The position numbers were made by a program, and so were the translations under genes. The notes below the pieces were generated by a model that worked only from the letters and a program-made list of their open reading frames with translations, did not search any database and was not told the origin of the DNA. This document shows, piece after piece, positions 1 to 11,525 of a DNA stretch of 64,000 nt. The DNA is from Mytilus californianus (lineage: Eukaryota): NCBI RefSeq assembly GCF_021869535.1, contig NW_026262734.1:69440001-69504000 (forward strand), in the 5' to 3' direction. The number at the start of each line of letters is the position of its first letter. Position 1 is the stretch's first letter.

Positions 1-243
1 GGGGTCATATTTTATGTCTGTTTGTTTTGCTCATACATTGTTGTCAATATAATGGAATTATTTGAGACTGTCATACAAGTGAGAGGTTTAGCTAGCTCTA
101 AGGATATGCCTGTAGCAAGTCAGGAATATGACATTTGTTTTCCATTCGTTTCATGTGTTTGAGATTTTGATTTTACCATTTGATAAAGGACTTTCCGTTT
201 TGAATATAACTTGGAGTTCGGTATTTTTGTTATTTTACTTTCA
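1..243 (-). repeat. Fragment of abundant dispersed repeat (family A), opposite orientation to the copies at ~4.0 kb and ~10.9 kb
   Basis: agtcaggaatatgaca...ggactttccgttttgaat...ggagttcggtatttttgttattttactt is the reverse complement of the block at 4005-4140. Confidence 0.65.
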
Positions 244-2204
244 AGTTATGTTTCAATTTTTAAGAATATTTGCATTTTTGTAAATGAACATTAATGATTT
301 ATATGTCAATATACAAGAATACACAACTATATGTAGTCATTTATTATAATTTTTCAGATGAAAGCCATTGTAACTAACACAGCAGTAATTTGTTGCTATC
401 CCGTTACCATAATTCGGTCACATTTGTCATTGTTCCAATTATTGTCCTTATAGTGAGAGGTTTTGCTGATCACTTTTAAGACACCAAAGACGAATATACG
501 GATGGAACCAAATACATTTTTTCAGGTTGACTATTTTCTTTCATTTGTATTTTTCACTGGTGCAAGATCCGCGTGACCTTAAATAACTCAACTGGTAAAT
601 GACCATGTAACAATTTGCCAAGTTTTCAGTCCTACACATACGTTTCAATTAAAAAGTGTGTGTATGTTAGTGTTAAAAAAGCATTATGTAAAACATACAT
701 ATGTCTTATAAATCCTACAGAATGAGATTTATTTTGTATAGTAAAGGACTAGTTACTATACAAATCTAAGATGCAAAACATTATATAAAGTTGACAAATT
801 TTATCACCGAGGTGGGTGTCCGCTGTACTAGTTTCGTTCTTTTTTAAATGCATATTACCAGAAGTCCATAACACTAGTAATGGACTTCTGATATTTCTGA
901 TATTACTCAATTTTAGCAATTAATCATTTATTTAATAGTTCGTTGTGAAAGCCAATCTGAATAGCAAAGTGAACGAAGTGCGCTAGTATGATAAGCTTTA
1001 AATGTCGTATATCTTATAAAAAAAGGTGTCGGTAAAGCTTATTACTTTTCCATTTTCCCGCCAATAATGACTAGCTTAAAAGTGGAAAATATATGGGTTT
1101 TTTTCTAGTCTACCATATATGGAATTCCATAGAAGTTTGTTCAAATGAATATAAACAAACGTACTAAGCATTACTCAAGTTCCTGCATTTTGTTAACATG
1201 GTTAAGCAGAACACGCGTTTTCATCCTAGTTTTTTTTTCTTCAGTTGTAACCAGGCCAAAATATTCATTTTTAAAATCCTCCTGATCCTTGTTGGATTGA
1301 GTATATCGTAGTTCTTTTTTGTTAGTGAAACTCATAAAGACAATATTTTAAGAAACAATTACAGCGGCAGAGAAGTAACTGTTTCTTACATTTTCATTTC
1401 TTTCGCAATGAAAGAAGAGATGAAATTCATCATCTATATTTGTAATAGTGCAAAAAATACAGATTTTTGAGGTACTGTTTCATGTCGAGCTCAGTGTTCG
1501 AGTTCCAGATTATGCCGATCACATATTGCAATTTTCGTAATAAGTTTATGTGTCATGCAATAAAAGTTCCTTTATAACACAAGTTCTAAATTGAAGAAAT
1601 GTTATGAACTATTATTCCACTAGAAGAAATAATACAGCCTTAATTATTTGTTCTTAACGGAATAAAGTACGGAAACCTTTTAGGGCCATGCTAATTTACC
1701 TTTTCCAATTTGATATATATAGATTATAACATGGCATTTTTCATATCAGACCCCTTATCAGCCCTAGGTCATGATATCAGCCCGAGAGCCGACATGTTAT
1801 GTTCTTTTTATCATATACTTCAGCAGAAGACATACAGACAAGAACTTTTTTTTAAACTTTGAAAAATGCATTAATTTAATTTTTATTGTTTTATTTGTTT
1901 TGCATTTTTTAATAATATATTTTCCTGGTTCCTAATATTTTTTTTTTACAACTTAGTTATGTTTTTTCACTAAAAACGTACCATTGAGGTCTATTTTCCG
2001 GAATTTGCCGAATGACGTCGAAATGCCATGCGATAACGTTACAGAAAGGCATGCGATAATAACCGGAAGCAGTTGATATAAACCGGAAGCAGTTGATAAC
2101 AAAAATCACACGGCTAAGACAATTATTCAAATTTAATGAATAAATATATGTACAAATTAGTTTTATCATGGGGTACAATTATACCATTATTTTCTATAAG
2201 TATG

Positions 2205-2495
2205 TGATGAAACAAATTATTAATTTGATATAACAAATTATTATTTTAATATAACAAATTATAAATTTGATCAAGGATATAATCTTACTGTACAAATCCT
2301 TGATTTGATATAACAAATTATAAATTTGCTATAACAATTTATGATAATTTGATATAAGAATTCACATCATAATTTGATATAACAAATTATTAATTTGATA
2401 TAACAATTCATCATAATTTGATATAACAATTCATCATAATTTGATATAACAATTCATCATAATTTGATAGAACAAATTATTAATTTGAAATATCA
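2205..2495. repeat. AT-rich minisatellite (ATAACAAATTAT(T)AATTTGAT-type units, ~21-24 bp)
   Basis: About 10 imperfect reiterations of gatataacaaattat/aatttgat are visible. Confidence 0.8.
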
Positions 2496-2681
2496 AATTT
2501 TTGATGTCAAGTGCATTTTGGCGATAGTCTCGAAGAAAGCAAGAGGATTAGTTATTGTGTTAGAAGAAATGGAACCCAGGAATAATTTGAATGAAATGTA
2601 CTATACTCTACGCCTTACTTTCGACGAAATCAAGTTATTTTGGCCAAAAAACATAAGATAATTATTTCCACAAGACAGTTA

Positions 2682-2935
2682 GGGAGCTACCGTTTGATTT
2701 TTATGGGGGGCTAGGATGAAAAATTTTGTCCTGCATTTTTTTTAGTTGTAATCTCTGTCCTGCCTTTTTATTTTTCACTCTATTCGGTCCTGCCTTTTTT
2801 TTATTAGTCATCCTGCCTTTTTTTATTTTGCCAAGTTGCTCATCCTGCCTTTTTTTTTACTCAAAACTCCTGTCCTGCCTTTTTTTCAAATTTCATCCTA
2901 GCCCCCCACCCCATAAAAATCAAATGGTAACTCCC
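2682..2935. mobile_element. MITE with TTAA-type flanks (Kolobok/piggyBac-like non-autonomous element)
   Basis: The left end GGGAGCTACCGTTTGATTTTTATGGGGGGCTAGGATGAAA is mirrored by the right end TTTCATCCTAGCCCCCCACCCCATAAAAATCAAATGGTAACTCCC. Flanks are TTA / TTAA, with internal TCCTGCCTTTTT repeats. Confidence 0.8.
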
Positions 2936-3002
2936 TTAAAACGAATTGCTGCATCACTAGGATTATACTGACTTGTTTAATGTTACTATATTTATATCTA
3001 AA

Positions 3003-3272
3003 GAGTTAAAGGAATCTGGACAACTGCATGGGTACCGATGGATGTACACTAAATGTTTAGAGAGAGACCTTGATCATGTTGATATAGACATAGATATAAT
3101 AGACATGGCTATTATATCTATGATATAGACAAAGAATCTGTCCGACTCATAATCAAATGTCTTGACCCACATGGTGCATATGAAATGTCGAAATGCAAGA
3201 AAATTGATTAGACGAACATATGTGAATAATGGTCCTAACTACATATGGCACATGGACGAGTATGACAAGCTT
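3003..3272 (+). pseudogene. Degenerate DDE transposase/integrase fragment, IS3EU-like
   Basis: Frameshifted translation ELKESGQLHGYRWMYTKCLERDL / KESVRLIIKCLDPHG / CRNARKLIRRTYVNNGPNYIWHMDEYDKL resembles the G-Y-R-W-M ... GPN-x-x-WH-x-D-x-x-DKL motif of eukaryotic IS3-like transposases (recalled motif). Confidence 0.65.
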
Positions 3273-3898
3273 AACTGTGAAACTGTTGAATATTCATTCA
3301 TGAATGAGTATAGCCTATAGAATATTTGTTTCAATTAAAGCATTGTTTAAATTATAACAAAGTTTACAGAGGAACTTCTGTTAGGAGGAGCAAATATACG
3401 TTGACATACGAAATTCAAAGTTCGAATCAATGTGATAAGTAAAATTATCTCCTAGTATCAATTTGTTATATTTAGTGTAGAGAAAAAAGTTTATTTTGTT
3501 CACATATTATATCTTTGTAGAGAAAATGTTGATTTTGTTCGCACGAGGATAAAAGCTTATGTGAACGGTTACTGCCAGTCACCACTTATAAAAAAAGTAG
3601 TGCTGCATATATCTACGCGTATGATCATATACAATTTTATAGGTGCCTGCAGGTCACACCATATTTTATCTGTATCAAATGTGCCTGCAGGTCTCACCAA
3701 AAATGTATCTGGACAATAGGTGCCTGCAGATCACATCACTTAAGATCTGTAACATAGCTTATCATTTGAGTCTGCAGGTCAGACTGCTTATTATCTGTAC
3801 CATAGCCTATTATATATGCCTGCGTGTCACACTTTGATTTATATATCTGTATGGTAGGTGCCTGCAGGGCACATCATTTTAGATTTGCACCATATATA

Positions 3899-4870
3899 TA
3901 AAAGGAAGATGTGGTATGATTGCCAATGAGACAACTCTCCACAATAGACGGCCTAATTTAAGTACAAAATAATAAACGAAAAACAAATATGAAACACAGC
4001 AACAAAAAGTAAAATCACAAAAATACTGAACTCCGAGGAAAATTCCAAAAACGGAAAGTCCCTAATCAAATTGCAAAATCAAATGCTCAAACATATCAAA
4101 CGAATGGATAACAACTGTCATATTCCTGACTTGGTACAGACATTTTCTTACGTAGAAAATGGTGGATTGAACCTGGTTTTATAGCTAGCTAAACCTCTCA
4201 CTTGTATGACAGTCGCATATAATTCCATTATGTTGCCAACGATGCGTAAACAAAACAAACAGACATAATAGGTAAACATGTCAAAAATACAGCAGTCAAC
4301 ATTGTGTTAAAATCTTAATCACTAAAAAAAAACAAACAAATATGTAACAAAGAAGCACAAAATGGCATATAGACCGATCACATTAGCATAAATTAAAGAC
4401 AAGAATACACAAATTTACCATAGTACAATAACACGATGACGGGATGTATAAGTACAGAGCTACGTCATATATGTAACAAAGAAACATAAAAAGGCATATA
4501 TATAGACAAAGCACATTAGCAAAAATGAAAGACAATAATACGAGAATAATTGTATCATAAACAATAATGACAGAATGTACAAGTACCACAAGTATCTTAA
4601 TCACAATAAAAACAAACAAACATTTAACAAAGAAGCACAAAAAAGGCACACATCAAATTTAACAACCTCATTCATTGCTCCCTTATATTTGAATTTTATT
4701 TAAGTATGTCAAATCCACCAATTAACGATTGAAAGATCTTAATTACTAGGAGCAAATGGCCAGATTAACACTGACTCTAACGTAGAATCGCGCGTTTGAC
4801 GTCAGAATGTAAACGTCACACAGGTAGAGATATAAAATAATATTGTCGTTCAAAGTATGAAAATAATATA
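3899..4870 (+). repeat. Dispersed repeat family A copy, inserted in the degenerate satellite
   Basis: Shares long blocks with 10898-11525 (tcaaacgaa...ctgtcatattcctg...ggtggatt.aacctggtt...gctagctaaacctctcac...gacgggatgtataagtac) and with 1-243 (inverted). Confidence 0.65.
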
Positions 4871-5529
4871 GTCTATACTTCTTTAGGCATATCCTCTGCA
4901 GAATGTAAATTAGAAGTTACCTTTCCTTCTTGCAACTGACAAATGACAACCACTGAATTACCGGTTCCTGAATTGGGACAGGCACTTACAGAATGTGGCG
5001 GGGTTAAACTACTTGAAGGCGCCAACCCTCTCATAACATGGTATCGTGGTGTAACAGTAGAACACAATAACAAACTATAAAAACAGTTGAAAAAGGCAGG
5101 TCACATCAAATAAATAGAAATAGAAAAACATCTTACAAAACACAAAGTGGACATTGATGGTTACCTGTTCATGCGAATAACAAAAATACACTAAGTACAG
5201 ATCTGAGAGTACTCGCCTATCACAGGAGCCTGAGGGTCAAACTGCTATGCATTAGTACCATAAATGCATGCAGGTCACATCACCATAGATCAAAGCCTAT
5301 ATTGGGTGTCTGCAGGTTTTACAGCTTTTTGACTGTACCTTAGCCCATCAGAGGTGCCTGAAGGTCACATCACCATAAATCTTCACTATAGTCTAGCATG
5401 GGTGACTGCATGTCACATTGCTTATTTATCTGTACCAAAGACTATAATAGGTACATGCAGGTCACATCACCATAGATCTGCACCATAGTCTATAATAGGT
5501 GCCTGTCGGTCTCTTCACTACAGATCTGC

Positions 5530-6425
5530 ACTATAGCCTATCATAGGTTCCTGTAGGTCATACGACTGTTCATCTGCACTATAGCCTTTCATAGGTTCCT
5601 GTAGGTCATACGACTTTTTATTTGCACTAAAGCCTATCATAGGTTCCTGTATGTCACACGACTTTTATTTGCACTATTGCCTATCATAGGTTCCTATAGG
5701 TCACACGACTTTTTATCTGCACTATAGGCTATCATAGGTTCCTGTAGGTCACACGACTTTTTATCTGCACTATAGCCTATCATAGGTTCCTGTAGGTCAC
5801 ACGACTTTTTATCTGCACTATAGCCTATCATAGGTTCCTGTAGGTCACACGACTTTTTATCTGCACTATAGCCTATCATAGGTTCCTGTAGGTCACACGA
5901 CTTTTTATCTGCACTATAGCCTATCATAGGTTCCTGTAGGTCATACGATTGTTTATCTGCACTATAACCTATCATAGGTTCCTGTAGGTCATACGACTGT
6001 TCATCTGCACTATAGCCTATCATAGGTTCCTGTAGGTCACACGACATTTTATCTGCACTTTAGCCTATCATAGGTTCCTGTAGGTCATACGACTGTTCAT
6101 CTGCACTATAGCCTATCATAGGTTCCAGTAAGTCATACGACTTTTTATTTGCACCATAGCCTATCAAAGGATCCTGTAGGTCACACGACTTTTTATTTGC
6201 ACTAAAGCCTATCATAGGTTCCTGTAGGTCACACGACTTTTTATCTGCACTATAGCCTATCATAGGTTCCTGTAGGTCACACGACTTTTTATCTGCACTA
6301 TAGCCTATCATAGGTTCCTGTAGGTCACACGACTTTTTATCTGCCCTATAGTCTATCATAGGTTCCTGTAGATCACACGACTTTTTATCTGCACTATAGC
6401 CTATCATAGGTTCCTGTAGGTCACA
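5530..6425 (+). repeat. Homogeneous core of the 48-bp satellite (~18 units)
   Basis: Unit TAGGTCACACGACTTTTTATCTGCACTATAGCCTATCATAGGTTCCTG. It produces the 16-aa periodic ORFs at 5694-6047 and 6060-6407. Confidence 0.95.
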
Positions 6426-6775
6426 CTGCTATTTAACTGTATCTTATCCTATCATAGGTGCCTGCTGGTCACATCACATATATCTGCACCAAATGCTATC
6501 ATAGGTGTTGGCAGATCCCATAGCGTTTCATCTGTACCATAGTCTATAGGTGACTGCAGGTCATACAACTTTTTATGTGTACCATAGACTATCATAGATG
6601 CCTGCAGTTCATACTGATATCTATCTGTTTATAGTCTTTCTTAGGTGTCTGCAGGTCACATTTCTTTAGATCTGTACCATAGTCTATCATAGTTGCATGC
6701 AGGTCAAACCACCATAGACTGCATATAGCCATTCATAGGTGCCTGCAGGCCATACAACATTTTATCTGTACCATA

Positions 6776-6992
6776 CCGTATAGCGGGTTATTTTCGCGGG
6801 GTGTAAATTTTCACTTATTTTCGCGGATAGAACAAAATCGCCAAAATAAATTCCGTCTATTTAAAAGTGTACATGCAATTGTATTGATAAAAGTTTTGAA
6901 TCCGCCAAAATAATACCCGCAAAAATATTTCATATACCTTATTCAATGAAAATCGCGAAATTTTACACCCGCGAAAATAACCCGCTATACGG
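6776..6992. mobile_element. 217-bp Tc1/mariner-type MITE with TA target-site duplication
   Basis: TIR CCGTATAGCGGGTTATTTTCGCGGG(G)TGTAAA is mirrored at the right end. It splits the satellite motif ctgtacca-TA-gccta, with TA on both sides (6774-6775, 6993-6994). Confidence 0.92.
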
Positions 6993-8059
6993 TAGCCTAA
7001 CATATGTGCCTTCAGGTCACATAACCACAGATCTGCACCATAGCCAATCATGGGTCTATAATAGGTGATTGTAGGTCACTTCACTATAGATCTGCACCAT
7101 GCATAGCCAATCATAAGTGCCTACAGGTTACATCACCATATATGTGTACCTAAGCCTTTCATAGTAGCCTGCAGGTCACACTGCTATTTATTTATACCAT
7201 AACCTATCATAGGTGCATGTAGGTCACACAGCTTTTTCTATCATATTCCATCATAGATGACTGCCAGTTATTATAGGTTCCTGTAGGTCACACGACTTTT
7301 TATCTGCACTATAGCCTATCATAGGTTCCTGTAGGTCACACGACTTTTTATCTGCACTATAGCCTATCATAGGTTCCTGTAGGTCATACAGCTTTTTTTT
7401 ATCATATTCCATCATAGATGACTGCCAGTTATCATAAGTGCCTGTAGGTCACACAGTCTTTTGTATGTACTATATCCAATCATGGGTGCATGTAAGTCAC
7501 ACCACTATTTGTGTACTGTATCCTTTTATAGTGCTTGCAGGTTTATTATAGGTGCATGTAGGTTTCACCGCTTTTTTATGTTCCATATCCTAGCATAGGT
7601 GCCTGCAGGTTAAACCAAAAATTATCTGTACCATCATTGCCTTCAGGTCATACTTTTATTCCTATGTAACATTAGCCTTTTGTAACTACCTGCAGGTCAC
7701 ACTGATATGTATCTGTACCAGAGCACATCATATGAGACTGCAGGTCACGTCACATAGATCTGTATCATAGGTGCATGCAGGTCTTATTCTCATAGATCCT
7801 TACCAGAGCCCATCATAGGAGCCTGCAGGTCACATGATTGTTATGTAAATGTTACATAGCCTATACTCGGTGTCTGCAGGTCACACAACTTTTATCTTTA
7901 ACATAGCCTATCATATGTGACTGCAGGTTACACTGATATTTATCTACACTTTTGCATATTACAGGAGCCTTCAGATCCAATCCCAATATAGATCTGTATC
8001 ATAGGTGCATGAAGGTTGAATCCTATAATACAATATGGATAAATACCATGGTGTCTTAC

Positions 8060-10240
8060 ATGCACCTATGATAGGAAAAAGAAAATAACAGAACTATAAT
8101 ATGATGTTGAAATGACATGGTGACCTATAGGCACATATGAAAGAATATGTAAAATAACAGGGTGATTTACAGCCCCCTATATTATGATATTATGGATAAA
8201 TACCATGGTGATCTACAGGCACCTATGATAGGATATGTAAAATAACAGGGTGACCTACAGACACATGTGATAAGATACTATAAATAACAGCGTGACCTAC
8301 AGGCACCTGTGATGAGATTTTGTAAATAACATGGTGACCTACAGGCACCTGTGATAAGATTTTGTAATTAACAGGGTGACCTACAGGCACATATAATGTG
8401 ATATGGAAAATAACGAGGGGACAAACATGCATTTATAATATGACATGGTAAACAACAGGGTGAGGTACAAGTACCGTTGAAATTATTGGCAAAGATCAAA
8501 AGCAGTGTGATATACAGGCACCTAGGATATGATATGGTACAGATCAATAACAGGGTGGCCTACAGGCAATTTTGATAATTAAATAGGATATGGTAAAAAT
8601 TAACAGACATATAATCTTCAGCAACTTTGATAGGATATGAGAGAGACTAAAATAAGATTATCTACAAGCACTTTTCATTGGAAATGGTACTGATCAAAAA
8701 CAAGGTGACCTACATGCGCTTTTGAAAGGGTATGATACAGACCAATAGCAATGTGACCTCTTGCACCTTTGATATGATATGGTACAGATCAATAGCAAGC
8801 TGACCAATAGGCACATTTGAAATAATATGGTACAGATCAATATCAGGGTGACCTACAGGCACCGCAGATGATTATGGTACAGATCAATAGCAGGGTGACC
8901 TACAGGCACCTAAGATAACTATGGTACAGATCAATAGCAGCGTGCCCTACACGCACCTCGAATAATTATGGTACATATCAATTACAGGGTGACCTACATG
9001 CAATTTTGATAATTAAATAGGATATGGTAAAAATGAACAGACATATAATCTTCAGTAACTTTGATATGATATGGGAGAGACTAAAATAAGATTACATACA
9101 AGCACTTTTCTTTGGAAATGGTACAGAACAAAAACAAGGTGACCTACATGCGCTTTTGAAAGGGTATGATACAGATCAATAGCAATGTGACCTCTTGCAC
9201 TTTTCATATGATATGGTACAGATCAATACAAGGGCCGCCTATGGGCACATTTGAAATAATATGGTACATATCAATATCAGGGTGACCTACAGGCACCGCA
9301 GATGCTTTTGGTACAAATCAACAACAGGGTGAACTACATGCACCTCATATAATTATAGTACAGATCAATAGCAGGGTGAACTACAGGCACCGCAGATGAT
9401 TATGGTACAGATCAATAGCAGGGTGACCTATAGGCACCGCAGATTATAATGGTACAGATCAATAGCAGGGCGACCTACAGGCACCTCAGATGATTATGGG
9501 ACAGATCAATAGCAAGGTGACTCACAGGCACCGCAGATGATTATAGTTCATATCAATAACAGGGAAACCTCCAGGTACTGCAGATAATTATGGTACAGAT
9601 CAATAGCAGGGTGTCCTACAGGCACCTCAGATAACTATGGTACAGATCAATATCTGTAAGCAGCGTGTCCTAAACGCACCTCGAATAATTATGGTACATA
9701 TCAATATTAGGATGGCCTACAGGCACCGCAGATGATTATGGTACAGATCAACAACAGGGTGAACTACATGCACCTCATATAATTATAGTACAAATCAATA
9801 GCAGGGTGACCTACAGAAAACTCAGATAATTATAATACTGATCAATAGCAGGGTGACCTAAGGCACCGCAGATGATTATGATACAGATCAATAGCAGAGT
9901 GTCCTACAGGCACCGCAGATGATTATGGGACAGGTCAATAGCAGGGTGACCTACAGGCACCGCAGATTATAATGGTACATATCAATAGCAGGGTGACCTA
10001 CAGGCACCGCAGATTATAATGGTACAGATCAATAGCAGGGTGACCTACAGGCACCGCAGATTATAATGGTACAGATCAATAGCAGGGTGACCTACAGTCA
10101 CCGCAGATAATTATGTTACAGATCAATAACAGGGTGACCTACAGGCACCGCAGATAATCATGTTACAGATCAATAACAGGGCTACCTACATGCACCTCAA
10201 AATTATGGTACATATCTTAGTAAGGTGACCTACAGGCCCT
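8060..10240 (-). repeat. 47-bp satellite, right arm, inverted relative to the left arm
   Basis: Core unit CGCAGATTATAATGGTACAGATCAATAGCAGGGTGACCTACAGGCAC. Its reverse complement aligns with the 48-bp left unit, and the most homogeneous part is ~9290-10240. Confidence 0.9.
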
Positions 10241-10755
10241 TCAGAAATGGTACAGAACGATAATCAGTAAACTGTCATTTGACGAGCAGAAAGACATCTG
10301 CATTTTATGCAATGAAGAAAGTTTTATAGTATTTAGTGTCAACTGCATTATACCTGGACCGATGTTACAAAAGTAAACATGTTCCACATTTATGAAGATG
10401 TTGGTACTGCATGTGATGCTGTTATCTGGTTGATTCATCAATGTGCCTGGAAGTAACTCCGGTGGTACATGTTAACCCGACATGTTTACCATTATACAGC
10501 TCAGAACAGAACAGTTGTTTGAATCGGGCTATACAAGAGCCTTGATATAATGTAATTATACAAATGCAAATGTAGTTAAAAACATATTGATGTAAAATTG
10601 TAGAAAATTAGATTGGCAGAAAAACAAAACCTAATTATAATTATTAATTAAAAATATAAAAGATCTGCCACCTAACCATACTAGTCATGACACGAACAGT
10701 TCAATCTTCCGACCGTGGGAGAGCTGTATAGCCAGTCAATGTCGTTTAAAACTTC

Positions 10756-10781
10756 CATCATCATCATCATCATCATCATCA
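10756..10781. repeat. (CAT)n microsatellite, probably a SINE tail
   Basis: About 8.7 CAT repeats. Confidence 0.85.
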
Positions 10782-10897
10782 GTTCAATCAAAACCTTCGT
10801 GGACCTCCAATGACACCCATTAGTAGTTAGATATTCAACAAATTAATGTATGACTTGCATGTGCGTGTCGCTAAGACCCCTGCCATGTACGAAAAAG

Positions 10898-11525
10898 TAA
10901 AATAGCAAAAGTCCGGGGAAAATTCTAAACGGAAGGCCCTAAGCAGATGTCAAAATCAAAAGTTCGAACACATCAAACGAACAAAAAACAACTATCATAT
11001 TCCTGTCAGACTTGATACAGGCATTTCTTAAATAGAAAACGGTGGATTAAACCTGGTTCTATAGCTAGCTAAACCTCTCACGTGTATGACAGTCGCATAA
11101 AATTGTATTATATTGAAAACGATGTATGAACAAAACAAACTGACAAAATAGTTACAAATGTCACAAATAGGAGTACAGCAGTCAACATTGTGTTATAACC
11201 TTAATCAAATTTCAAACATAATTTATATGTCAACAAAGAAAAACAAAAAGGCATATTGACAAAGCACATAAGCAAAAACGGAAGACAAGAATACAAAAAG
11301 TTACCATAGCACACTAACACAATGACGGGATGTATAAGTACCGAGTCACGTCAAATGATTATTACCAAAAATAGATTAAAATGTAAAAGTACTAATTTAC
11401 AAAGATAAATAAAAGAATACTATTACACGTTATTATTAATAAGATGATAAACAACGCCAGTACCTAGAATCTATATTTCAAAACCATCGTGTATTATTTG
11501 TGAAGTTGATACGGAATATTTATTA
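10898..11525 (+). repeat. Dispersed repeat family A copy
   Basis: Colinear similarity with 4005-4630. Confidence 0.65.

Larger units (their letters stand above)
5220..8012 (+). repeat. 48-bp satellite, left arm (degenerate flanks around a homogeneous core)
   Basis: Recurrent units ...cctg(t/c)aggtcaca...atctg(c/t)ac(t/c)atagcctatcatagg. Degenerate copies also occur at 3640-3890. Confidence 0.9.

Noticed and set aside
352-600. Exon-like segment after tttcag near the window start
   Set aside because: Stops occur in all frames within ~100 nt and no protein is recognisable
5694-6407. ORFs with a 16-aa repeat (DLQEPMIGYSADKKSC)
   Set aside because: They are translations of the 48-bp satellite. 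The frame is broken by stops in neighbouring units and there is no gene context
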